Positions 39,349 through 49,200 of a stretch of DNA of 64,000 bases are shown here, one piece after another. This DNA comes from an uncultured virus (IMG/VR IMGVR_UViG_3300016478_000199) (taxonomy: Duplodnaviria > Heunggongvirae > Uroviricota > Caudoviricetes): IMG/VR virus record IMGVR_UViG_3300016478_000199, one strand, 5' to 3'. Position 1 is the stretch's first letter, and each line of letters starts with the position of its first letter. The notes under the pieces are model-generated. The model ran no database searches. It was not told the origin of the DNA and saw only the letters and a program-made list of their open reading frames with translations. Both the position numbers and the translations under genes were made by a program.

Positions 39349-40164
39349 ATGGCCAACATCAGCTTTCAGATCAGCTTCGACCTCGGGTCTGTGCTCGACG
39401 TCACCGCCATGGTGAACAAGCAGGTCTTCCCCCTGCTCAGTCAGGCGGTGGCCGGCGTTGCACAGCAAACCGCCATCGACTGGCAGAAAGCCGTCTACGG
39501 GGCCAAGCTGTGGGGCGGTGAAAAGGACGCCTACGCCAAGTCGATCAGCTGGAAGATGACCGGCGACTTCAGCGCCGTAGTCGAGGCCACCTATAAGCAC
39601 GCCGAAGAGATCGAGACCGGCCGCCCGGCCCGCGATCTCAAGCGCATGCTGAACTACAGCCTCAAAGTTCGCACCTCGAAGACAGGCACTCGCTACCTGT
39701 ACATTCCGTTTCGCCACAATACCCCGGGAAATGACGCGCACGCCAAGGCGATGCCGCAGGACATCTACGACCTGGCAAAGCAACTGGCTCCGTCCAGCAT
39801 TACCGGGCAAGGAACACGCCTGTCAGGCACCGGGGCTTACGACGTCAAGACCAAGAAGCGGCTGGCCGTCAATCAGAACAAGTACCACTGGGGCCAGCGT
39901 CTGCCTGCCGGTCTGTCGCAGAAGATGAAGCCGCACCATGCCACGGACATCCATTCCGGCATGTACCGCTTCAACACGTCGACGCCAGGAGGCGGCAAGT
40001 CCAGTCAATACCTGACGTTCAGGACTATGTCTGAAAAGTCCAGGGGCTGGATCATCCCTGCTCAGCCGGGCCAGCACCTGGCTCAGGACGTGACCGAAGC
40101 CATGAAGCCGAAAGCGCACGCCGCATTCGCCGAAGCGATCAAGCGCACGCTTTCGAAGTCCTAG
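39349..40164 (+). CDS. Neck/tail completion-like protein (opposite strand)
   Basis: IETG...DLK..L, YLYIPFRH, YLTFRTMS..S.GWI.P; own copy of the late promoter. Confidence 0.65.
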   Translation: MANISFQISFDLGSVLDVTAMVNKQVFPLLSQAVAGVAQQTAIDWQKAVYGAKLWGGEKDAYAKSISWKMTGDFSAVVEATYKHAEEIETGRPARDLKRMLNYSLKVRTSKTGTRYLYIPFRHNTPGNDAHAKAMPQDIYDLAKQLAPSSITGQGTRLSGTGAYDVKTKKRLAVNQNKYHWGQRLPAGLSQKMKPHHATDIHSGMYRFNTSTPGGGKSSQYLTFRTMSEKSRGWIIPAQPGQHLAQDVTEAMKPKAHAAFAEAIKRTLSKS

Positions 40165-40799
40165 CGCCCGAACAGATCCCAGCGACGCAACACAACGCGC
40201 TTTGGCAGCTTCGCGCCTTGGTGCATGTTGCGGCTCGACGGAAAGTCGCCAAACACGAAGTATTCCGCATATTTCCAGCCGCTGAGCGAGTAAGTCATGC
40301 CTGGCGGCGGCTCACCGCCAGCCGGCCAGCTCAGGATGCCGTTGTCCGCGACATCTGGAATGCCGCCCTCGACCAGCGCCTGGGTTGTTGGGTGACGCCA
40401 GAACACCCGCTCAATGCGCTGCGGCACAAACAACAGGCGCTCGGTCGGCGCCCCACGCTGCAGCGGTTGGCTGAACTTGTCCGTCGCATTGAGCATGGTC
40501 ACCCGGTCGAACTGGCCCGCGTCCCACATGGGTGAATTGCCGGGGATAGTCACAACCAGATCACCGGCCTCCCACAAGCCGCTCTCTGCCCACTCGGCCT
40601 GGGTCTCCTGCTTGGCTACGCCGCAAACTGTCGCGTTCGGCACCTCCCAGATCCGCCCCTTTCCCGAGCACAGCTTGCACTTGGGGTCGGCGGCACCACT
40701 GGAAAGGTTGAAACACGAGCAGGCAAACGAAGGGCGCCAAGTGATGTCCTGGCCCATGTTTTTCAGGTGGCGATTAAAGCGTTGCGGGCTGAATCTCAC
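40161..40799 (-). CDS. Head closure/neck protein with zinc finger
   Basis: GQ.I.W...ACSC...C.LC.G.G. Confidence 0.7.
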   Translation of the reverse strand: MRFSPQRFNRHLKNMGQDITWRPSFACSCFNLSSGAADPKCKLCSGKGRIWEVPNATVCGVAKQETQAEWAESGLWEAGDLVVTIPGNSPMWDAGQFDRVTMLNATDKFSQPLQRGAPTERLLFVPQRIERVFWRHPTTQALVEGGIPDVADNGILSWPAGGEPPPGMTYSLSGWKYAEYFVFGDFPSSRNMHQGAKLPKRVVLRRWDLFGR

Positions 40800-40807
40800 G
40801 GTCTACC

Positions 40808-41896
40808 TCACATGACCATGGCACGGATGCCGTGGAAGTGCGCCATCAGGCCGCCATTGCTGCCGTCCGAGCCGTTGATGATGTGATCGATGGCCTCGTG
40901 ATACTTGGCCATATCCACGGACAAGGATTCGCTCAGGCCGTCGCCACTGATCGATCCAGACTGCGGCAGGTAGGCATCAGCCACCACCTTGAGCACCGCC
41001 TTCTTCTTGATGGCGTCAATCAGCTCAGGATACTTGTTTTCCACGTCGGTCAGGCCAGCGGTGTAGGTCAGCTGCACCATCGACGGAATAGTGCGACCGC
41101 CTGCGATATTCATCATGGTGAAGCCGGCCAGGCCGGTCAGCACAGCGTTGCTGGTCGGCACGATGCGGATGTGGCCGTACTTGGAGTCCACGGACAGCCA
41201 CTGGACAGGGATGTCGTAGAAGCCGTTCTGCTCGGTAGGGTAGACAAAGCGCATGGACTCAATCGAGATGATTGGCCGCTGCCGGGTGACGATATAGCCC
41301 CACTTGTCGCGCTCGAACATGTCCGGCATGTAGTCAGGCGACGACTCCACCTCCCAGGCCATGCCATCCAGGGCGTCAATCTGCTCTTGCGTCGGAGGCT
41401 TCGGGAAAATCCGTGTCGGAACCAGGGGGATGCGCAACGTGTGCGCCATCTCAGACTCTGCAGCGCGCACCTTGTCCCACAGATAGTCATCACTGACCTG
41501 CACGTCCTGCAGAACACCGGCGGCGGCCGCCATCAGTCGGTCATTGCGTATCTCGTCAACGACGATGTCGCGGATGAACAGCGAAGTCCGGGTTGGCTGG
41601 AACAGCGTCTCGACGGAAAGCCGGAAACGCTTGATGCCGAAGCTACCCTGCAGAACCAGCATGATGTCGCCAGGCTCAAGCGTAGCGGTCTGTGTATCGG
41701 TAAACGATACCGCGACGACGCCGGCCGGCCAGTTGGCGCCTGGCGCCGCGCCATCCAGCGTATGGGTGGTGATCAGCTCAGTCTTGCCATCCATGCTGAA
41801 CACGCGAGCAGTCGCCGACGTGACGGGCACAGGCTGGCCGTTTTCCTGAACAGTTACAGTGAATTGTGCCGCGCTGCCGGCGATGATCGTGCTCAT
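40808..41896 (-). CDS. Head-tail adaptor-like protein
   Basis: AAESE, RPI.SIES, YTAG, S.SISGDGLSES motifs; follows capsid genes. Confidence 0.7.
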   Translation of the reverse strand: MSTIIAGSAAQFTVTVQENGQPVPVTSATARVFSMDGKTELITTHTLDGAAPGANWPAGVVAVSFTDTQTATLEPGDIMLVLQGSFGIKRFRLSVETLFQPTRTSLFIRDIVVDEIRNDRLMAAAAGVLQDVQVSDDYLWDKVRAAESEMAHTLRIPLVPTRIFPKPPTQEQIDALDGMAWEVESSPDYMPDMFERDKWGYIVTRQRPIISIESMRFVYPTEQNGFYDIPVQWLSVDSKYGHIRIVPTSNAVLTGLAGFTMMNIAGGRTIPSMVQLTYTAGLTDVENKYPELIDAIKKKAVLKVVADAYLPQSGSISGDGLSESLSVDMAKYHEAIDHIINGSDGSNGGLMAHFHGIRAMVM

Positions 41897-41908
41897 GTGG
41901 TCACCCTA

Positions 41909-41935
41909 TAAAAAAGGCCGCACGCTGCGGCCTTT
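41909..41935 (-). terminator. Intrinsic terminator after the capsid operon
   Basis: AAAGGCCGCA-cgc-TGCGGCCTTT hairpin with T6 on minus strand. Confidence 0.75.
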
Positions 41936-41959
41936 CTTGATTGCCTGCCGAAGCCGGCG

Positions 41960-42166
41960 TTACGCAGTGGCGATCAGGCCGGCAGCGCGCAGACTGTCCA
42001 GCAGAGCCTTGAACTCGGCAGCAGTAGGCGCAGCCCCAGCTGCGTCGCTCACAGCAGCACCCTGGCGGGTGGATTGATCAACGAGGAAGTCGCCAACCTT
42101 CTCGTCGCGGGCCTCCAAGTTCAAGTTGTTGACGATCTTCTTGATGCGTTCTTTCTGAGTAGTCAT
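41960..42166 (-). CDS. Head fiber/decoration-like protein
   Basis: QGAAVSDA...PTAAEF.ALL.SLRAAGLIA. Confidence 0.75.
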   Translation of the reverse strand: MTTQKERIKKIVNNLNLEARDEKVGDFLVDQSTRQGAAVSDAAGAAPTAAEFKALLDSLRAAGLIATA

Positions 42167-42175
42167 GCGTCCCCC

Positions 42176-42499
42176 TTAGAAGACTTCTTCAGCGTTGGCG
42201 GCTTCAGCCTCAGCGGCCTGGGCGGGTTGCTCTTCAACGGCCTCGGCAGCCTTGGCTTCGGCAGCCTTGGCAGCCTTGGCCTGCTGTGCCTTGGTCTGCT
42301 TCGGCGCGGGCGCAGGCTCGACGGGTTTGGCTACTTCGATGCCTTCCTCGTCCAGCTCGTAGCCGGAAATGCTCGCAAAGCGATTGGCCTGCTCGTCGCT
42401 GATCTCGTCGGAGATCATGCGGCCATCATCGAGCTGGTGAAACTTGACGCCACTGATTTCGTCGCTGGCGTTGGGCAGATTGCAAATTACGCGGGGCAT
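42176..42499 (-). CDS. Small capsid-associated protein
   Basis: MPRVICNLPNAS..ISGVKF, Ala/Lys/Glu-rich tail; AGGAG RBS. Confidence 0.7.
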   Translation of the reverse strand: MPRVICNLPNASDEISGVKFHQLDDGRMISDEISDEQANRFASISGYELDEEGIEVAKPVEPAPAPKQTKAQQAKAAKAAEAKAAEAVEEQPAQAAEAEAANAEEVF

Positions 42500-42559
42500 T
42501 GTGCTCTCCTTAAAAGGCCGGGAGCCAGAAGGCCCCCGGCACATTTACCTGCTTGCCGA

Positions 42560-44071
42560 TCACTCGCCGACGTGCGGACGCCACTTGGCGTTGCTCGGGA
42601 GGATGTTCTTGATGTAGCCGTGGTGCTTCGGCTTGGTCACGCGCAGGTAACCGAACAAGAACTGGAACCAGCTGATCACCGGCATACCACCAACACCGAA
42701 GGGCAGCGGGATCTTGGTCATCGGCTGGAACTGGCGCCAACCAATGGCATCAGCGGACGGAGCCATGTTCAGCAGCGGTACCGACACGGTGCCCGGGATG
42801 TCGCGGTTCAGGTCGACGAAGGTGGTGGTGTCACCAGTCTTCTTGATTACCTTGACCAGGCGGAAGTCGTTGGTGGCGTTGGAGCCGTTCTGGCGGCTGC
42901 GATAGATCGCATAGCCAGACTCGGTGCCAGCCGAGGACTTGGTGATGGTCAGGGTCGCTTTCTCGCCGGCGGCGATGGCGGTCTGGGTCGACTTGACCAC
43001 TTCGGTCAGGCCCTGGCCCTGAGCACCGATGGCTGCTACCGCGTAGTAGTAGTTGCCGGCACGGGAGGCCTTGAACTGCGAAGAGGCGTCGGAAGCGGTA
43101 GCCACGGTCACGCTGGCCGGCTTGAAGGCCGCGTTCTGAGTGGCGATAGCCGCGTTGTTGACCTCGAACGGATAGACCATCGGGTTCTCTTCATCATGGA
43201 TGAAGGTGTCCATGTTGGTCTTCAGCACGCCGTTGGTCAGGCGAATGCCTTCCACGTGGCCGCCCAGCACCGGAGTGTTGCCACCGCCCGGAGTCCAGCG
43301 ATAGGCCGGGTCGAGGCCCATGTTCAGATCGTTCTGAACGCTGTTCGGCAGGAAGATGTCGGTGCTGCGGCCCCAGGAACCGTAACGGCTCACGGCGACG
43401 TTGATCTTCGACATGGCTTCCACGCTATCCAGCTTGGCGCACTGCAGGTCGACCACGTTGTCTTCGGACATCTGGCCGGCAGCGATTTCCTTGTCGATCT
43501 GCGCGAAGATGCCGTCAAACTGGGTCGGGCAAGCATCAGCGTTGCCGTGGAACAGCAGGTATTCGGCGTCGGTCAGCAGCTGCAGGGCGCCGTTGCGCTC
43601 TTCGACTGCGGTGGCTTCCACGATGTTCTTGCCGATGTTCAGCACGTAGCCGACTTGGCGCAGAGTCATCAGGAACTTGACCAGGCCGACTTCACGGCTG
43701 TACTCGCCCTGTGCGGAGCGAACCACACCCATTTGGGAGTTGGTCGAACCACCCAGGAAGCCGCCGACATTGGTTTGACGGACGTATTCGTCAACGATGT
43801 TGGTGGCGCTGGTCTGTTGCAGGCGATTGAACAGAGTGAAGTGCTCGTTCTCCTGCACAGTGGTTTTCATTGCGGTATCCAGCGACTGCACGCCGAGCGC
43901 ACCACCACCGGACAGGGTGGCGACGTCGGTTTGGTAGTTGCTGGCTTCCAGGGCTTTGATCAGCTCGGCGTTGTTGCCGCCGATGGAACCGCCCAGGACG
44001 GGGGCGCCGCCGGGCAAGATACCGCCGGGGGCAGAACCCGCGAGCTGCTGCAGAAGTGCTTGTGCGTCCAT
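42560..44071 (-). CDS. Major capsid protein
   Basis: 503 aa, GGGAL.VQSLD N-terminal motif, E..LFHG....P.QFDG; follows protease and scaffold. Confidence 0.9.
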   Translation of the reverse strand: MDAQALLQQLAGSAPGGILPGGAPVLGGSIGGNNAELIKALEASNYQTDVATLSGGGALGVQSLDTAMKTTVQENEHFTLFNRLQQTSATNIVDEYVRQTNVGGFLGGSTNSQMGVVRSAQGEYSREVGLVKFLMTLRQVGYVLNIGKNIVEATAVEERNGALQLLTDAEYLLFHGNADACPTQFDGIFAQIDKEIAAGQMSEDNVVDLQCAKLDSVEAMSKINVAVSRYGSWGRSTDIFLPNSVQNDLNMGLDPAYRWTPGGGNTPVLGGHVEGIRLTNGVLKTNMDTFIHDEENPMVYPFEVNNAAIATQNAAFKPASVTVATASDASSQFKASRAGNYYYAVAAIGAQGQGLTEVVKSTQTAIAAGEKATLTITKSSAGTESGYAIYRSRQNGSNATNDFRLVKVIKKTGDTTTFVDLNRDIPGTVSVPLLNMAPSADAIGWRQFQPMTKIPLPFGVGGMPVISWFQFLFGYLRVTKPKHHGYIKNILPSNAKWRPHVGE

Positions 44072-44115
44072 TTATGTCTTATCCTCAATGGATATGGGTT
44101 TGTGCCTGCCGGCGG

Positions 44116-44751
44116 TTACGAAAGAGCCTTGGCCAGGAGGCCTTGGTCGATCTGTTGGTTTTGACGGAGGGCCACGTCGATGGTGGTCAGCTCCAGTCCG
44201 TTGATCTTGCCAGCACCGAAGGCAGCGGTAGCCTTGGCCAGCACGTCGCCAGCGGTGAGCTGGGGCTGCTGGGACTTGGCCAGCTGCTGCTCGCCAGCGG
44301 CGGGCTTATCGACGACGGTGAGCACGGTCTTGCGGCCAGTGCCGGTGCCAGCCAGCTTGGCCACCTGGCCCTGCAGCGACTTGATCAGCTCGCCTTGGGA
44401 CTTCAGGGTGTCCAGCGTCGAGGCCAATGCCTTGGCCAGCACGCCTTCGTTGGTTTCAACGCGGTCGGACAGGTCAGTCAGCGACTTGATCAGCAGCTCA
44501 GCGTCAACGACCTGAACTTCCTCGTCGCCGATCTTCATGGACTTGGCCATCGGCGCGCCTTCCTGATCGTCGTCCAGCTCTTCGTCTTCGGGGTTAAGCT
44601 CTTCGTCACCCTCGGCAGCCGCAGCAGCGATCTGATCGTCGTCGTTGCCTTCCTCGACCGGCGGCATCGCCTTGGCGAGGGTTTCATTTTCGGCTGCAGC
44701 ACCCTGAAGCTCGGCGAGCAGCTGTTCGAAGTTGTTGTCTTGTTTGCTCAT
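44116..44751 (-). CDS. Putative capsid scaffolding protein
   Basis: Acidic coiled-coil with 8 (L/M)xK(S/A) repeats, between protease and capsid. Confidence 0.7.
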   Translation of the reverse strand: MSKQDNNFEQLLAELQGAAAENETLAKAMPPVEEGNDDDQIAAAAAEGDEELNPEDEELDDDQEGAPMAKSMKIGDEEVQVVDAELLIKSLTDLSDRVETNEGVLAKALASTLDTLKSQGELIKSLQGQVAKLAGTGTGRKTVLTVVDKPAAGEQQLAKSQQPQLTAGDVLAKATAAFGAGKINGLELTTIDVALRQNQQIDQGLLAKALS

Positions 44752-45650
44752 CACGAGCCTCTTTTCTGGAGTGCAGATTTAAGATCGCCCATGAAGCGAT
44801 CCACCCATTCCGCCGCCTCATCTGGCGACAGTCCGAAGTGTTTCACGGAATAGGCAGTAAGGCCGTCCGCCGTGTGTATCTTCGCCTCACGACTTTGAAT
44901 TGCGCGAGCCAACATGTCGCGGAAGCTAAAGTAAGAGTGCGGCGAGCCGGTATCTAAGGACTGCATTCCGAGGGCTGCGCCGCCTGTTTTCATGGCTGAA
45001 TCGGTGGCGTAACTGGCTTCGAGGGCCTTTGCCATGTCGAAGCCATCAGGCGTCCAGCACTTGGCCAGGGCGCCAAACGGAATAGTGCTAACCGGCGACA
45101 CGTGCTGATTTACCGGCTGCTGGCTGATTGCCAGGTTAGACCAGCGAACCTTGGTAACCAGATCAACCGCAGACTTGCTCTTCGGATCAATTACACGAGA
45201 TTTGGCGAGGGTCGCACCACCGACAGAGGCATACCAGCGCTTCGGTGGGTTCAACTTGGTCATCGAGTCCCAGACCATGTTGGCGTTGGCGGCAAGCGGT
45301 GTGTCGCCCTTGTAGAGGCGCGCCTTTACCAGCACCGACTTGCCATCGACGCGAACATCTTCCGGCACGCCGATTTCATGGTTTTGTGACTCGGCAGCAG
45401 ACAGGCCATAGGCCTTGGCAATAACCGGCATCGTCTTGTGGTCGATGTCGATATTCCCAAACTTCAAAAAATGTTCAGCGGAATCTTCCAGCGCCTTAGC
45501 CAGCACGCATTCATTCTGCTGATCTACGCCTTCACGAGCAGCTTCCAGATAGATGAAGCGCTCGCCACCCTCTTCGGAGGGGCGAGCTTTCAGCATCGTT
45601 CCAATGCTCAGGTATTCCGGGGATGCGCCAATGCGCTGCTCTTCGTTCAT
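44751..45650 (-). CDS. Prohead protease
   Basis: A..E.VDQQNE, GNIDIDH, IG, ASVGG (Ser), AIS.QPVN. Confidence 0.8.
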   Translation of the reverse strand: MNEEQRIGASPEYLSIGTMLKARPSEEGGERFIYLEAAREGVDQQNECVLAKALEDSAEHFLKFGNIDIDHKTMPVIAKAYGLSAAESQNHEIGVPEDVRVDGKSVLVKARLYKGDTPLAANANMVWDSMTKLNPPKRWYASVGGATLAKSRVIDPKSKSAVDLVTKVRWSNLAISQQPVNQHVSPVSTIPFGALAKCWTPDGFDMAKALEASYATDSAMKTGGAALGMQSLDTGSPHSYFSFRDMLARAIQSREAKIHTADGLTAYSVKHFGLSPDEAAEWVDRFMGDLKSALQKRGS

Positions 45651-45751
45651 GCGCAAATGTTGTCATCACGACGAGCAGACCTGGGATATGCGAACACAAA
45701 AAAGCCGCCCCGTAGGGCGGCATGAGTAGGCATTGCAAGCAGGAGACTGGA

Positions 45752-46006
45752 TTATGCCAGGGCTTGCCGCGCCTTCGCAACAACCGTATGCAACTGGCCG
45801 CGCTCGGCTACCAAATCAAGATAGCGCTGCTGTCCGGCGTCATCTGCAGCCTCGACGCCCGGGCGCAGCTTGTCCAGTTCGGCATCTACCTGCTGCAGGC
45901 GCTGCTCGGCAGCGGCCAGGATGTTGCGCTCGGCAGCCTCGGTCTTGGCCGCCAGGCCGCCAAGTTCACCCAACTGGACGTGAGCCTTGTCAATGTGAGC
46001 CTTCAC
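45752..46006 (-). CDS. Hypothetical protein
   Basis: 84 aa helical; GTGA overlap; terminator at 45697-45721. Confidence 0.65.
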   Translation of the reverse strand: MKAHIDKAHVQLGELGGLAAKTEAAERNILAAAEQRLQQVDAELDKLRPGVEAADDAGQQRYLDLVAERGQLHTVVAKARQALA

Positions 46007-46266
46007 CGACGCACCTCAGTAAGACACAGCGCCCGCAGGTCTGGCGACTGAATTGCGTAGCACTGCCCAGGCTCGCCCCGGGCCTTCGCCAAGCAATACT
46101 GGCGGGCATCCGCGCTTTGGACGGCGTAGCAACTGCCGGCATCGGCAGCCTTAACCGGCGGGGCGAAGAACGCCATCGCGGCCACGATCAAAATACCAAT
46201 GACAGGCGGAACAAAGTCGGAGTGCAGAAAGCGCATAGCCATTCCCTCTTGGTTTTGGTTGCTCAA
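46003..46266 (-). CDS. Small exported Cys-repeat protein
   Basis: Signal-like segment then two repeats CYA(V/I)QS.D.R..CL; start may be the ATG at 46236 or 46242. Confidence 0.65.
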   Translation of the reverse strand: MSNQNQEGMAMRFLHSDFVPPVIGILIVAAMAFFAPPVKAADAGSCYAVQSADARQYCLAKARGEPGQCYAIQSPDLRALCLTEVRR

Positions 46267-49200
46267 TTATAGCGAAAGCTCGCCATTTTGGGCAGCCTTG
46301 CGACGGGCGCTTATTGCACCAGCAACGCCGGTATCGTCCAGGCCATCCATCGGGTCGGCCATCATGTTCTTCAGGTCATACTTGTTGGTAAGCCGCTGCC
46401 GTGCCCGCGCTTCTTCCGGGTGGTCGCCGACCAGATCAATCAGCTCGATGCCGTTCTTCTGCCCAATGCGGTCGATCCGCGCGTTGCGCTGGCTGTGCGT
46501 CTTGGCCGTCTGGCTGACATCATGCTGGATCAGGTATTGCCCCGATTGCAGGTTCATGCCCACGGCGCCGGCATCAGAGGCAATCAGGATGTCCGCCTGG
46601 GCCTCGCCGCTTTCCGGGTTGAACATCCGGCGCTTCTTGTCCTTATCTGTCGCGCTGTCGCTTCCGGTGATGGTTACCACCCGCTTGCCGGCCTTCTCCA
46701 GGGCAGCCTTGTACTGTTCGATACTTTCCCGGTTGCGGGCAAAGATCACCCCTTGCTTGCCCTCACGCTGCTTCACCAGCTCGATGGCGTGCGCCACCTT
46801 GGCATTGTCCGGGTGCGTGTTGATGATCCGGTTGATGGCTGAAGACTTCAGGATGCCAATCGACTTCTGCAGGGCAGCCGCCACCTTCTCGTGATCTGCT
46901 TCCGGCACGCCCTCGAACGAACCAGGCGAGATCGCCTTGCAAGCCTCGATGTCGACCTTTCCGGCGCGACGCGCCAGGCGGGCATTGGCCAGATTCTTGC
47001 TCAGCTCTGCCAGGGCCTGTTGCTGGCCAGAAGACAGCGGCACGGTCTCCACCTTGCGGTCGCGCTGCACGTCCGGCGTGATGCTGGTCGGGAACATATA
47101 ACGGGCCATCTCACGCTTCAGCGCATCCTTGCTGGCGATGGTGTCAGCGCCGTACCGACGCATGAACTCAGCGCGGTCGGCGTAGCGCTCGGGATCCATT
47201 TTCTGCAGCATGGAATGGATCTCGCTGGGATCGTTCTTTATCGGGTCACCCGACGCATATACGTGGTACGGCGTGTTGTGGCCTACGGCCTCGATGACGT
47301 TGGACAGGCTGGAGTTTTCCTTACCTGCTCGGTTCAGGGTGTCGTGCGCCTCGTCAACGAAACTGGCGTCGAAGTTGATGCCCTCCTTGGCCATCACGTC
47401 GGCAGCCCAAGCCTTGCGCTCTGCCGTTGTCATCTGGGCCAGCTTCTGTGTCATCTGGGACTCGTGGATGCCCGCCTGCTCGGCGCCCAGGTGAATCATG
47501 TCGTCGCGGAAAGACTGGTGCGTCATGACGCAAATGTGGTTATCCGGGTCTTTGTACGCAGCGATCCGCTCAGCCTGGCTGGCGCCCGGCTGAATGTGTG
47601 TCTTGAATTTGCCGGCTTCCAGCAGGCGCAGAGCCTCGCCGTTGAACTGGCCTTGAACAATGCTCGGCACCAACATGATCGAGCGCTTGACCTTGCCCAA
47701 GCCAGCAAGGTGAGCATGGGCGCCAAGCATCATGTTGGTCTTGCCAGAGCCTGCACCGGCGGCCAGCACGACGCGCTTGTTGGCGGCGATCAACTTGATC
47801 GAACGCTGCTGGGCAACGTACTTACCGGACATCGACACGTTCCACAGCTTGGTTGGCTGGCCCGGTTTGAAGTTCTGACCTACGACGCCCATCATGCCGG
47901 CGATCTGGCGCTCAGCTGCGTGACCAAGGCTGTGACGCTCGTCACCAGCCAGCGCTGCAGGCTCTCCCCCAGCCTGTGCCGCCGGGGCTTCCTCGGTAGA
48001 GAAGAACCCCATCTGCGCCTGTTCGAAGGCCGCCTGTTGCTCCTTCGCCTGGGTGATCTTGTCGGAGACGCTGCCGGATGCGTACTTGCCATCCACGCGA
48101 TTGCGCAGGCTATCGACCAGCGCCTTGTCCTTCTCCATCCGAGCAGCGCGCGCAGCAGGGTCTACCGCGTCGAGGTGGTTCAGGTTGTTGCGGATGATTG
48201 CCCGGCCCAGCTTTAACGGTTTGTCCGGGTTCAGCCTGTTGTGTGCGTCAACGAAGGTCTTGGCCACCTTCGAGCGGATCATGTCTTGCACGGCTTCATA
48301 GGCCTTGGCGTTTCCGCCCATGGAAGCCACATACTTGCCCCAGGTCAGTGAGCCGCTATTCAGCTTCTCTGCCAGGTTGTCGCGGTGCGCGCGCCAGTCC
48401 TTCCATTCGGGATTGGCAACGGTGTCGCCAAACATGTCGGTGGTCTCTTTTTCCGGCTCTGCCTTCTCGTGCGCTTCGAGGTCAGCGCGCAGTTGCGCCA
48501 CCTCGGGAGATTCCTTGGCGACGTTGCGGTGAAAGAACTCACGCAAGGCACGCTGATCCTTGTGCCCCAGCTCGCCAATCTGCTTGTAGGCTGCCACGCC
48601 TTCCGGTGTATCCGACAGGGCGCGATGCAGTGCGTCGACAGCTTTCTGGTCGACGGTGAATTTCTGGCGGTTCACCGTAGTGATGTCGCCGCCCATCTTG
48701 CCGACGTAGGCGTCAGCGTATTTATCGAAGCTCTCAGCCAGGGCCTCGGCGCGCTGCTGCTTGCCATTGGCATCCTTGAGCGGTGCAACTTGATCGAGGG
48801 CTTCCCGGTATTCCTTCGCACGATCAGGCCCGACCTTTTGGAAGAAGTCAGCCGACTGGATGTCAGCCAGGATGTCAGCCGCGTGGTCGCCGTCCGCAGC
48901 CCGGCCGCCGATGTAGTCGCGCAAGGACTCGGCCAGGTCTTCGCCAGGGTTGAACGGCTTCGCCAGCTGGGGTGCGACGCCGGGCTTCACGTCCATTACA
49001 AGATCAGGGCGATTAGCCACGCCTAACGGAAGCCAACCATCCTCGTCGTGGTCGCCACGAATGATCGACAGGTTGCGACGAACCTGCTGAATGTCTTCAC
49101 GCGCGACCGGCTTGGCCAGGCGATCCATGCCGCTGGCATGCACAGTCAGAAACGTGTCGCCGGCCACGCGCTCCAGGGTGTAGTCGCCCGGCATCAGGCC

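Noticed and set aside
42074..44164. Long antisense ORFs (696 aa here; also 36524-38218, 27103-28458, 59149-60498 and others)
   Set aside because: Shadow frames of GC-rich genes with clear function on the opposite strand
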